From NCBI GenBank assembly GCA_003963125.1, contig RXJK01000038.1, positions 1-51,559 on the forward strand: a stretch of 51,559 nucleotides of DNA. Direction: 5' to 3'. The notes beneath the pieces are model-generated. The model searched no databases. It was not told where the DNA came from and worked only from the letters and a program-made list of their open reading frames with translations. The stretch is from Hyphomicrobiales bacterium. Its GTDB lineage: Bacteria; Pseudomonadota; Alphaproteobacteria; Rhizobiales; Hyphomicrobiaceae. A program made the translations under genes and the position numbers. Positions 41,243 through 49,359 of the stretch are shown in pieces (the first letter of the stretch is position 1; every line of letters begins with the position of its first letter).

Positions 41243-41974
41243 TCACACGAGCGGGGTCGTGCGCTCGACGGCTGGAACGGAAGCGAAATGCCGGTCGAAC
41301 GCCGGCTCCCACAGCCGCACGCCACCGGTGAGCCCGGCCGTGTTGCTGACGAGTTCGACATTCTTCGGCAACTCGATCGAGACCTTGCGCGCGTTCCCAC
41401 CGCCGACGTAGAGCCGCTCGCAGGCCGTGAGGCGCAGCACATCTGTGACCGTCTTGAGGAGGCGTTGGCTCCACGCCTCGAGCCCGAGGGTGTTGAGGGC
41501 CTCGTTGCCGACGTAGCTGTCGAGACCGAGTTCGAGATGCAGGAGCCATTCGCGGTCCCGATAGACGGCGCACCCGACGCCGGTCCCGAGCGTGACGACC
41601 GCTTCAAGGCCCGGACCGCGCACCACGCCGAGGCCCTGCACGGCGGCATCGTTCAGCACGCGCACCGGCCGCCCAAACGCCCCCGACAAGGCTTCGACCA
41701 GATCGAACTCCGCCCAGACGGGGGTGCCCAGGTTCGGCGCGGTGACGACGCGCGCGCCGCGCACGACGCCGGGAAAGCCGACGGAGATGCGATGAAAGTC
41801 ACCGATGCCGGCGACCATGTCTCGAATGGCGCGCAGGACGCACTCCGGCGGGGACGGGCGCGGCGTAGACGCGATCACCGGCGCGCACAGGAGCTGCCCA
41901 TTCCCATCGACACGCGAGGCCTTGAGCTTCGTCCCCCCGATGTCGATGGTGAGTGTGACAGGCGCCTCGCTCAT
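41243..41974 (-). CDS. ROK-family glucokinase, polyphosphate/ATP glucokinase (PpgK)-like
   Basis: 243-aa protein (254 aa if it starts at ATG 42007). The motifs TIDIGGTKLKA, VGFPGVV, VLNDAAVQGLG, LGTGVGCAV and YVGGGNARK, and the short length, fit PpgK-type ROK kinases. Confidence 0.7.
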   Translation of the reverse strand: MSEAPVTLTIDIGGTKLKASRVDGNGQLLCAPVIASTPRPSPPECVLRAIRDMVAGIGDFHRISVGFPGVVRGARVVTAPNLGTPVWAEFDLVEALSGAFGRPVRVLNDAAVQGLGVVRGPGLEAVVTLGTGVGCAVYRDREWLLHLELGLDSYVGNEALNTLGLEAWSQRLLKTVTDVLRLTACERLYVGGGNARKVSIELPKNVELVSNTAGLTGGVRLWEPAFDRHFASVPAVERTTPLV

Positions 41975-42174
41975 GTCTGCATGCTCATGGGTCTTTGCTG
42001 ACGTCATCGCTGGTCGCGGGCATCGCGAACCGACTGCCGGTGCACGGGCCCTTGCGCAAGGATAGCGCGTTGCCCGCGGGTGAGAATACGGAAATTCAAT
42101 GATCGTCCCCGTCCTTGGTTTCGAACAGGGCGCGCCTTTCGCCGGCACGCGGACATTCCGCATGGCGCACCCCA

Positions 42175-43620
42175 TCACACGGGCGCGATACCGCGGCCGG
42201 CCATCGCACGTTGCGGGTTCGATTGATTCAATTTTCGCAAGGCCTGCTCGATCAACTCGGACGGGGGCCACCCGCGCGGATCGTCGTCGTCGCGCAGCCC
42301 CTCGAGCGCCCGCAGGAACGAGCGGCACCATGTGCCGACGTCACTCCGCCGCACCCGCGCCATCAGGGCCCGATGCCGCGCGATCCGCTCCTCCAACCCC
42401 ATCTCGAGCGCATCGCGCATGACGTCCGCCACGGCGTCGATGCTGTAGGGGTTGACGATCATGGCCTCTTCCAGCTCTTCCGCCGCCCCGGCGAAGCGGG
42501 AGAGGACGAGCACGCCGGGGTCGGCGGGATCCTGCGCGGCGACGAATTCCTTGGCGACGAGGTTCATGCCGTCCCTGAGCGGCGTCACCATGCCGATCCG
42601 CGACGACCGGTAGAGGTCCGCGAGCCGGCGCCGCGGGGCAGATCGGTGGATGTAGTGGATCGGCACCCAGTCGATCTCGCCGTAGCGGCCGTTGATGGAC
42701 CCCGCGAGGCTCTCGAGCTGCTGGCGGATGTCGGTATAGGCCCCGACGTTCTCGCGCGTAGGCGGCGCGATCTGCGTCAGCACCACCTGCCGCCGGTATC
42801 GCGGATACTTCTCGAGGAAGGTGCCGAACGCCTTGAACTTCTGCGGCAGGCCCTTGGTATAGTCGAGCCGGTCGACGCCGATCATGCGCAGCACGCCACG
42901 CCCCTGCACGACGGGGCTCTTGCGCTTGGCGTGCGCGAAGTCCTCGACGTCGATGCCGATAGGGAAGCTCGCAACGCGCACGAGGCGGTCGAAAAGCCGG
43001 ATGCGCCCGTCGGGCACTACGCGGCCGAACACGCCATTGGTCATGTAGTCGATGAGATTGGAAACGTCCGCCTTGGTCTGCAGCCCGACGAGGTCGTAGG
43101 CGGCAAGACCATGCGCGAGCTTCTCGTGCTCGGGGATCGCCATGAACGTCTGCCACGGCGGGAAGGGGATGTGCAGGTAGAAACCGACGGAATTCTTGAC
43201 ACCCAGCTTGCGCAGTTCAGTGGCGAACGGGATCAGGTGGTAGTCGTGCACCCAGATGATGTCATCGGGCTTGAGCATAGGCGCCAACAGCGACGCCAGC
43301 CGCTTGTTCACGTTCTCATACTGCTCGTAGTACCCCGCTTCGAACTCGGCGAGGTCCAGGCGATTGTGAAACACCGGCCACAGCACCGAGTTGGAGTAAC
43401 CAAGATAATACTGCTCGTGCTCGCTCTCGGTCAGCGCGACGGTCGCGATCTTTCCTTCGATATGCGGCGTCGTCGCGTCGTCGCGCACGTCCCCGCTCCA
43501 GCCGAACCAGAGCGCCGGCCGCGTGCGTACGATATCGGCAAGCGCAACGGCAACGCCGCCGGCCTGCGCAGCCTGCTTCGGATCGAGCACACGGTTGGAA
43601 ACGAGTACGATGCGGCTCAT
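42175..43620 (-). CDS. otsA: alpha,alpha-trehalose-phosphate synthase (UDP-forming)
   Basis: 481-aa GT20 protein ([38 protein letters not shown]). Confidence 0.92.
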   Translation of the reverse strand: MSRIVLVSNRVLDPKQAAQAGGVAVALADIVRTRPALWFGWSGDVRDDATTPHIEGKIATVALTESEHEQYYLGYSNSVLWPVFHNRLDLAEFEAGYYEQYENVNKRLASLLAPMLKPDDIIWVHDYHLIPFATELRKLGVKNSVGFYLHIPFPPWQTFMAIPEHEKLAHGLAAYDLVGLQTKADVSNLIDYMTNGVFGRVVPDGRIRLFDRLVRVASFPIGIDVEDFAHAKRKSPVVQGRGVLRMIGVDRLDYTKGLPQKFKAFGTFLEKYPRYRRQVVLTQIAPPTRENVGAYTDIRQQLESLAGSINGRYGEIDWVPIHYIHRSAPRRRLADLYRSSRIGMVTPLRDGMNLVAKEFVAAQDPADPGVLVLSRFAGAAEELEEAMIVNPYSIDAVADVMRDALEMGLEERIARHRALMARVRRSDVGTWCRSFLRALEGLRDDDDPRGWPPSELIEQALRKLNQSNPQRAMAGRGIAPV

Positions 43621-43669
43621 GCGTCGGTCCCTGGCTAATCCCGTCGAGCACGTCGTGGCCTGTGCCTAG

Positions 43670-43694
43670 AACGTGTCGCAGCGTCCAAGGTTCC
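43670..43694 (-). promoter_or_regulatory. EcfG/SigT-type general-stress-response promoter upstream of otsA
   Basis: The minus strand reads GGAAC-CTTGGACGCTGCGACA-CGTT, a perfect GGAAC-N16-CGTT. It lies in the 99-nt GH15-otsA spacer, about 50 nt upstream of the otsA ATG. Confidence 0.65.
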
Positions 43695-43719
43695 AATCGG
43701 ATACAGCGCGCCCAAGGGC

Positions 43720-45546
43720 TTACTCGGGCGACCACGCCTCCTGCCAGCTGCGCGAGATGATGCGCGCACTGTTGATGATGCCGGCCATGGTGTAGGTCTG
43801 CGGAATGTTGCCCCACAGCTCGCCTGTCGTCGGGTGAATGTCCTCCGAGAGCAGCCCGAACGAATTTCGCCGCGCGAGGAGATCGGCGAGAAGATCGCGC
43901 GCCTCGTTGCGCCGGCCGATTTCGGACAAGGCATCCATGTACCAGAACTGGCAGACGAGGAACGCCGTCTCCGGCGCGCCGAAATCATCCTCGGCCGTGT
44001 AGCGCATGATGAAGCCGTTACGGTTGAGTTCCCTGCCGATCACATCGCACGTCTTGATGAAGCGCGGATCGCGCGCGTTCATGAGGCCGAGCTCCGGCAG
44101 CAGCAGCACGCTCGCATCGAGTTCCGACCCGCCGAGTGTACCCGCGATGCAGCCGAGCTTGTCGTTCCAGGCCTCCTCGAGGATGCGCTTGCGCAAGCGC
44201 TCCGAGTGATCCCGCCAGAAGGCTGCGCGATCGGCCAAGCCAAGCTTCGCCGCGATCCTCCAGAGCCGGTCGCACGCCACCCAGCACATCGTGGCGGAAT
44301 GCGTGTGCACGCTTTGCCGGCCGCGATATTCCCACAAGCCCGCATCCGGCTCGAAGGCGAAGCGGACGGCTTGCATCCCGAGCGGCTCGAGAAGGCGGAA
44401 CAGCGCCGCGTCGCCCATCACGGGCAGGCGCTCGTCGATGAACATCTGGGCCGCGCCGAGAATGACGCTGCCATAGGCGTCGTGCTGAAGTTGCTCGGCA
44501 GCCTGATTGCCGATGCGTACGGGCCCGTGCCCACGAAAGCCCGCGAGCTTCGACGCGATGTACTCTTCCGTGTCGTCGCCCGGAACGATGCTGTAGACGG
44601 GCTTCAACGGCCGGTCGGTTTCGATGGCGATGTTCGTGATGTAGTGGATGTAGTCTTCCATCGTCTGCGTCGCGCCGAGCCGGTTCAGCGCCTTGATCAC
44701 GAAGAACGCGTCCCGCAACCAGCAGAAGCGATAATCCCAATTCCGCGAAGTGCCGGGCGCCTCCGGGATCGACGTCGTATGCGCGGCGATGATCGCGCCC
44801 GTCTCCTCGTAGTTGCACAGCTTAAGCGAGATCGCCGCGCGGATGACGTCCGCCTGAAATTCCAGCGGCACGGCCAGCGACCGCACCCAGTTCATCCAGT
44901 AGTCCCGCGTGCGCTGGATGAACTCCTGCGTCACGGTGCTGACGGAGGCTTCGAACGGCTCGTCCGGCCCGATCACGAGATGCACGGGCCGGATCAGCGC
45001 GAACGGCGTTTCCTGCACGATGTAGCTGAGCGCCGCGTCGGTCGTGACGCGGAGCGCTTCAGCGCCGCCAGCGTAGCGGATATGGTTCGAACCCGCGACG
45101 CGGCTGGTGAAAGGTTCGCCGTAATTGAAAGTCGGCCGGATGCGAATGCGGACCCGCGGCACGCCCGACACGTGCTCGATCCGCCGATAGAGCTGCGGCG
45201 GGTTGAAGACGCGCTCGAAGCGGGCGAAGCGCGGCGCGAAGTCGATAATGCGGACGCTGCTGCCGTCCTGGGCCGTGAGAACCGTCTCCAGCACTGCGGT
45301 ATTCCGCATGTAGCTCGACTGCGCCGACACCTGGTTTTCGAGCACGACGTCGGCAAAGCCCTTCTCCTCGTCGCCGGCGATGAGCCTGGAGAAGACAGGA
45401 TCGGAGTCGAACCTGGGGAAGCACCACCAGGAAATGCGCGCATTCCGGTCGACGAGGGCTGCGATGCGGCAATTGCCGATGACGGCGTATTCGAGGCCCC
45501 GCTCAGGGCCTTTGTCCGCGCTCGCGCGGTCCGTCTTTGCGGCCAT
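43720..45546 (-). CDS. glycoside hydrolase family 15 protein (glucoamylase/trehalase-like)
   Basis: The internal ATG at 45546 is preceded by GGGAGG and gives a 608-aa protein. It is GH15-like throughout (AHTTSIPE...[23 protein letters not shown]). Confidence 0.88.
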   Translation of the reverse strand: MAAKTDRASADKGPERGLEYAVIGNCRIAALVDRNARISWWCFPRFDSDPVFSRLIAGDEEKGFADVVLENQVSAQSSYMRNTAVLETVLTAQDGSSVRIIDFAPRFARFERVFNPPQLYRRIEHVSGVPRVRIRIRPTFNYGEPFTSRVAGSNHIRYAGGAEALRVTTDAALSYIVQETPFALIRPVHLVIGPDEPFEASVSTVTQEFIQRTRDYWMNWVRSLAVPLEFQADVIRAAISLKLCNYEETGAIIAAHTTSIPEAPGTSRNWDYRFCWLRDAFFVIKALNRLGATQTMEDYIHYITNIAIETDRPLKPVYSIVPGDDTEEYIASKLAGFRGHGPVRIGNQAAEQLQHDAYGSVILGAAQMFIDERLPVMGDAALFRLLEPLGMQAVRFAFEPDAGLWEYRGRQSVHTHSATMCWVACDRLWRIAAKLGLADRAAFWRDHSERLRKRILEEAWNDKLGCIAGTLGGSELDASVLLLPELGLMNARDPRFIKTCDVIGRELNRNGFIMRYTAEDDFGAPETAFLVCQFWYMDALSEIGRRNEARDLLADLLARRNSFGLLSEDIHPTTGELWGNIPQTYTMAGIINSARIISRSWQEAWSPE

Positions 45547-45649
45547 GATATCCCCTCCCGCTTGCCGGCTGTGCCAAGGCTGTCTTACCGAACGCGCGAA
45601 ACCGCTCGCCGGTTTCCGGCCGCGAAGGCTCAACGCCTCCGCCACGACT

Positions 45650-45674
45650 GGAACCACGCCGTGGCGACGGCGTT
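45650..45674 (+). promoter_or_regulatory. EcfG/SigT-type general-stress-response promoter upstream of the DUF1328 ORF
   Basis: GGAAC-CACGCCGTGGCGACGG-CGTT is a perfect GGAAC-N16-CGTT, 32 nt upstream of the ATG at 45706. Confidence 0.65.
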
Positions 45675-45705
45675 GACGTTGCAGTCAAGAGCGAAGCGGA
45701 GACGG

Positions 45706-45882
45706 ATGATGGGCAATCTTTTGCACTACGCGATCGTATTTCTCGTGATCGCACTGATCGCAGCGGCCATCGGGTTCGGCGGCGTGGCGGGCGTCGCGAT
45801 GGAAGGCGCCAGGATCCTGTTCTGGGTCTTTATCGTGCTGTTCGTGGTGTCGCTGATCGCCAACTTCGTGCGGCGGGCCTGA
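45706..45882 (+). CDS. DUF1328 (UPF0391) small membrane protein
   Basis: 58-aa ORF forming the tail of the spurious long ORF 43834..45882. It translates to [58 protein letters not shown], with two TM helices and the family-typical GFGG. GGAGACGG lies upstream. Confidence 0.75.
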   Translation: MMGNLLHYAIVFLVIALIAAAIGFGGVAGVAMEGARILFWVFIVLFVVSLIANFVRRA

Positions 45883-45888
45883 GGGAGG

Positions 45889-45914
45889 GAGAGGCGCGCT
45901 CCGGCGCGCCTCTC
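45889..45914. terminator. perfect 11-bp GC-rich hairpin between convergent genes (candidate bidirectional terminator)
   Basis: GAGAGGCGCGC (45889..45899), loop TCCG, GCGCGCCTCTC (45904..45914). There is no strong U-tract on either side. Confidence 0.5.
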
Positions 45915-45930
45915 GCTTCTCGATTGCGGA

Positions 45931-46233
45931 CTAGCGACGATGGTGGCCTCCGCCTCCGGCGTGCCGATAGCCGCCGCGCCAGCCGCCGCGTCCACCGCCC
46001 CACCCGTCATAGAAGCCGATACTCGCGTAGATGCCGGGTCCATACCCATAGCCGTAATCATCGTCGTCGCCGTAATAGCTCGAATAGCCGTAGTAACCGA
46101 CGGGGCCGTAGCTGTAGCTCGAACGATAGCCACGGCGGCCGTAGTCGCCATCCCAATCATCGCAGGCAAACGCCGCGGAAGACGCCGTCAGAACGGCGAC
46201 TGCCGCGAGTGAAAGTGTCCATAGTTTACGCAT
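45931..46233 (-). CDS. secreted Gly/Tyr/Asp-rich 100-aa protein
   Basis: Internal ATG at 46233. The signal peptide is MRKLWTLSLAAVAVLTASSAAFA. The mature part is about 75 aa of GY-rich low complexity (YGRRGYRSSYSYGPVGYYGYSSYYGDDDDYGYGYGPG...GGGRGGWRGGYRHAGGGGHHRR). Confidence 0.6.
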   Translation of the reverse strand: MRKLWTLSLAAVAVLTASSAAFACDDWDGDYGRRGYRSSYSYGPVGYYGYSSYYGDDDDYGYGYGPGIYASIGFYDGWGGGRGGWRGGYRHAGGGGHHRR

Positions 46234-46284
46234 CGCGTTTTGTGCTCCGGTTTCTTGCTGCCCCGCCTGGACCGAGATCCGGAA

Positions 46285-46309
46285 AACCACCCCCACACCA
46301 TGCAGTTCC
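46285..46309 (-). promoter_or_regulatory. near-consensus EcfG-type promoter upstream of the Gly/Tyr-rich ORF
   Basis: The minus strand reads GGAAC-TGCATGGTGTGGGGGT-GGTT, one mismatch in the -10 (G for C). It is 52 nt upstream of the ATG at 46233. Confidence 0.4.
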
Positions 46310-46359
46310 GACCTTCGGCTGCTCCGGTCCGTCCCACTTCGCACACAGTCAGAAACTGG

Positions 46360-46384
46360 CGAACCGGCGCATCGGCTCTGCGTT
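46360..46384 (+). promoter_or_regulatory. near-consensus EcfG-type promoter upstream of the 91-aa ORF
   Basis: CGAAC-CGGCGCATCGGCTCTG-CGTT has one mismatch at the first -35 base. It is 36 nt upstream of the ATG at 46420. Confidence 0.4.
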
Positions 46385-46419
46385 ATGGCAGCCACCGAAA
46401 AACAGGATGCGAGGGACAC

Positions 46420-46695
46420 ATGCAGACCGATCTCGAGTCGTGGCTGGCCGCGGAAGAGAGCGCGGGGAAGGGCGATCTGCGCTCGGCGAACGTCATGCGC
46501 ATGTGTGCGCTGGCGAGCGTGCTGGCGGCGGCTGAAAGCGCGATCCTTGTCGGCGATGCGATCCAGGCCAAGCGCAAGCTCGAGAAGCTCAAGCGCTATA
46601 CGGCCATGACGCTCGCGCGCCTGACGGATACCGGCGGCAGTGCGCCGGCCGCGGTGGGAGAGGATCAAACGATCACCACGCCGACGGGAGCTTGA
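46420..46695 (+). CDS. hypothetical 91-aa protein
   Basis: Internal ATG with GAGGGA 5 nt upstream. It translates to MQTDLESWLAAEESAGKGDLRSANVMRMCALASVLAAAESAILVGDAIQAKRKLEKLKRY..., which is predicted helical with no recognisable domain. Confidence 0.4.
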   Translation: MQTDLESWLAAEESAGKGDLRSANVMRMCALASVLAAAESAILVGDAIQAKRKLEKLKRYTAMTLARLTDTGGSAPAAVGEDQTITTPTGA

Positions 46696-46882
46696 CCGGG
46701 CGCGAGCACTACTCGCCGGTATGTTGTTACCGCATTCCGCCACTCGAACGTTTGCACACTCACAGCACGTAAAACATAAGGAGAGCAATTCGCTGGCTGC
46801 ATGTCTTTCTTAAATGACGTAGAGCAGATCCGTGCGCTATCGTTCTCGTGATGCCGGGTAACGATGGCCGGGCGCTCTGACC

Positions 46883-47302
46883 ATGAGGAAGCCCATGCAC
46901 GCCCGTGTCACGCCGTTCGGTGAAGTGCGCGTCCTCCTTGTCGAGGACGAGCCCCTGATCCTCCTCGATTGCGAGGCGATCCTGGCGTCCCTCGGCGTCG
47001 GCCACGTGCAAAGCGCGACGAGCGTGCCGGAGGCAAAAGCGCTGCTTGACGCGGGGCACACCTTCGACGTGGCGATCCTCGATATCTCCCTCGGCGGCAC
47101 GTCGAGCTTCGAACTCGCGGGCGAGCTCGGCAATCTGCAGGTCCCTGCGGGTTTCATGAGCGGCTATAGCTCCCAGGACATCCCGGAGGCGTTCCGCGGC
47201 CGACCCTACATCAACAAGCCGTTCGCCCAGGGGCAGCTCAAGTCGCTCCTCGAGAGTCTCATCCAGGACCGCATGCGGGAAGCGAAGAGCGGCGCTGTCT
47301 GA
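46883..47302 (+). CDS. single-domain response regulator (receiver only)
   Basis: 139-aa protein with the acidic pocket VEDE, the phospho-acceptor in VAILDISL, S in FMSGY and K in INKPF. There is no output domain. The exact start is uncertain (ATG 46883 or 46895). Confidence 0.8.
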   Translation: MRKPMHARVTPFGEVRVLLVEDEPLILLDCEAILASLGVGHVQSATSVPEAKALLDAGHTFDVAILDISLGGTSSFELAGELGNLQVPAGFMSGYSSQDIPEAFRGRPYINKPFAQGQLKSLLESLIQDRMREAKSGAV

Positions 47303-47409
47303 CGTCGCTCCAGCCGGACCTGGCTAGAGCGCCCCTTTCGGCCCACCGGACTGGCGCCGGAGCGGCCGGAGATCCCTTGCGGCGCCGATGTCCTGAAGCG
47401 TACCTCCCG

Positions 47410-47434
47410 GGAACCATGACCTCCACGCTCCGTT
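47410..47434 (+). promoter_or_regulatory. EcfG/SigT-type general-stress-response promoter upstream of the DUF1236 ORF
   Basis: GGAAC-CATGACCTCCACGCTC-CGTT is a perfect GGAAC-N16-CGTT, 25 nt upstream of the ATG at 47459. Confidence 0.65.
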
Positions 47435-47458
47435 GGCTAGGCGGAGACGACCACAAAC

Positions 47459-48544
47459 ATGGAGAGTATCATGAGTACCCATAAGTTGCTCGCTGGCGTC
47501 GCACTCGCCGCCCTCCTCAGCACCGCCCCCGCGATCGCCCAGGAAATGAAGAAGGGCGATACGCCATCTGGCGGCGCCGGCATGGGCGCCGGTCAGAGCG
47601 GTCCTTCCGCCCAGCCTCAGCGCAACGAGACCTCACCCTCCCATACGCCTGGCGCAGCCGGTAACCACGGCACGACCACCCCTAATACCAACAAGGGTCA
47701 GGCTCAGCGCCAGGAAGAACCCGGCAAGTCCACCACCCGCGGCGCCAGCGACCACACGCAGAAGGGCACCGAAAAGGGTCACACGTCGAAGAATAACGCC
47801 GAGAACAAGGCTCAGCCCGGCCAGGATCACAACAAGGCCGCAGAGCGTCCGACCCAGGACCACAACAAGAATGCGCAGACGAAGGGCAACGACACAGACC
47901 GCAATGCGGCCACCAATCGCAGCACGCAGGACCGCAAGGACGTTCAGCAGGACAAGTCCGCCACCAATCAGAACGGCGCGCGCGGCAACGTCCAGCTCTC
48001 CGAGCAGCAGCGCACGGATCTGCATCGCGACATCCTGAAGGAGCGCAACGTCAACCGGACGAACGTGAAGGTCGACATCCGCGTCGGCGCCCGCGTTCCG
48101 CGCAACATCCACCTCGCCGTCCTGCCGGCGGCCGTCATTTCCGTCGTCCCGGCCTATCGCAGCTACCGCTACTTCGTCGAGGGTGACGAGATCTGCATCG
48201 TCAATCCGACGACGTACGAAGTTGTCGACGTCATCACCAGCCGCAGCACCGTCGCGCAGGGTCCCAGCAATCACAACGCCGGCCTGACGCTGACCGAGCA
48301 GGAACGCATGATCGTTCTGCGCGAAGTCGACCTCGGCGCCAGCAACAGCACGATGGGCCTGGGTGCCGTCACCGAAGGCGCGAGCGTGCCCCGCAGCGTC
48401 GAGTTGCTGAACATGCCCGTGACGGTGATCGACCGCATTCCGAAGCTGCAGGGCTACAAGTACTTCGTGGCCGAGCAGCGGGTCGCCATCGTCGATCCCA
48501 ACGGCAGCCGGGTCGATCTCGTCATCGACGCGCACGACAAATAG
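47459..48544 (+). CDS. secreted DUF1236-repeat protein with a long hydrophilic low-complexity region
   Basis: It has a signal peptide (LLAGVALAALLSTAPAIA), then about 150 aa rich in Q/N/K/T/D/G, then two DUF1236-like modules (VPAYRSYRYFVEGDEICIVNPTTYEVVDVI and IPKLQGYKYFVAEQRVAIVDPNGSRVDLVI). The start is ATG 47459 or 47471. Confidence 0.8.
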   Translation: MESIMSTHKLLAGVALAALLSTAPAIAQEMKKGDTPSGGAGMGAGQSGPSAQPQRNETSPSHTPGAAGNHGTTTPNTNKGQAQRQEEPGKSTTRGASDHTQKGTEKGHTSKNNAENKAQPGQDHNKAAERPTQDHNKNAQTKGNDTDRNAATNRSTQDRKDVQQDKSATNQNGARGNVQLSEQQRTDLHRDILKERNVNRTNVKVDIRVGARVPRNIHLAVLPAAVISVVPAYRSYRYFVEGDEICIVNPTTYEVVDVITSRSTVAQGPSNHNAGLTLTEQERMIVLREVDLGASNSTMGLGAVTEGASVPRSVELLNMPVTVIDRIPKLQGYKYFVAEQRVAIVDPNGSRVDLVIDAHDK

Positions 48545-48570
48545 CTTCAGCCGAGCTGGACAGAAGCGAT

Positions 48571-48598
48571 GCGCCGGGTTCGCCCGGCGCATTTTTTG
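48571..48598 (+). terminator. intrinsic terminator after the DUF1236 gene
   Basis: GCGCCGGG, loop TTCG, CCCGGCGC, followed by ATTTTTTG. Confidence 0.85.
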
Positions 48599-48667
48599 TG
48601 GCGAACGCCCCATTTCGGTCCGAAACCCCTGGTGCCGTGCCCATGAGCACAGCGCGGAGGGGACGCA

Positions 48668-49255
48668 TTGCGCCTGAGGAACATCATCGCCGTCGTCACG
48701 TGCGTCGGTACCGCGCTGGTATCCACCGCCGCCACGGCCACCACGCCCGTCGACGTACACGACAACGGCACTTTCTTCGAGGCTGCGGGGCGTAAGGTTT
48801 CCTGCGGCCGCAACATCCGCACGATCCTCGATCCGCAGCTTCCCAACCTCGGGATCGCGACGCGCAATCTCCTCGTGATGAACCCACGCCTCCTGCAGCG
48901 ACAGCCGGAGAACGTGCGGCTGTTCGTCTTCCATCATGAGTGCGGGCATCACCACGTCGGCGGCGACGAGTTGGGGGCCGATTGCTGGGCCGTGCGGCAG
49001 GGCGTCGCTTCGGGCTGGCTGCACGCACCGGATCTGAAGGACATCTGCCGCTCGTTCGGCAATACGCCGGAGACGCCGACCCATCCCGCCTCAGCCCGCC
49101 GCTGCCAGGCCTTGGCCACCTGCTTCGCCCGCGCGGAAAAATCGCTCCGTCCCGCCCCTCAACAGTCGGTGGCCCTGTTGAGACCGCCAGCCCTCGTACG
49201 CGAAGGCTATCTGGCGAGTGCGGAGGACGTTCGTGCAAGCCAGCGACTGCGCTGA
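48668..49255 (+). CDS. secreted hypothetical protein with an HExxH motif (putative minimal zinc peptidase)
   Basis: TTG start. It has a signal-like N-terminus (MRLRNIIAVVTCVGTALVSTAATA) and the motif FVFHHECGHHHVGGDELGADCWAV, i.e. HExxH followed by E..AD as in small M48/MA-clan-like proteins. I cannot name a family. Confidence 0.5.
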   Translation: MRLRNIIAVVTCVGTALVSTAATATTPVDVHDNGTFFEAAGRKVSCGRNIRTILDPQLPNLGIATRNLLVMNPRLLQRQPENVRLFVFHHECGHHHVGGDELGADCWAVRQGVASGWLHAPDLKDICRSFGNTPETPTHPASARRCQALATCFARAEKSLRPAPQQSVALLRPPALVREGYLASAEDVRASQRLR

Positions 49256-49328
49256 CACGCCGGTCTCCGCCAGCGAATTGCCAAAGTATGCGCGTTGCAA
49301 ATGTCAGCGCAATGCTTTGCGTGCTGGC

Positions 49329-49353
49329 GGAACCGGCCCCCCATGTCGACGTT
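49329..49353 (+). promoter_or_regulatory. EcfG/SigT-type general-stress-response promoter driving a short non-coding transcript
   Basis: GGAAC-CGGCCCCCCATGTCGA-CGTT is a perfect GGAAC-N16-CGTT. It lies in the 228-nt spacer between the HExxH ORF and the iron-permease-family ORF. Confidence 0.6.
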
Positions 49354-49359
49354 GATAAG

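Noticed and set aside
45591-45617. GAAAC-N17-CGTT (GGAAAC...) on the minus strand upstream of the GH15 gene.
   Set aside because: There is an extra A in the -35 core, so it is not a confident EcfG site. I kept it as a comment only.
46779-46850. Strong AAGGAGAG followed by a 16-codon mini-ORF (MSFLNDVEQIRALSFS) upstream of the receiver gene.
   Set aside because: The SD-to-ATG spacing is about 15 nt, which is too long. The peptide has no leader-peptide logic. It is probably fortuitous within an AT-rich promoter region.
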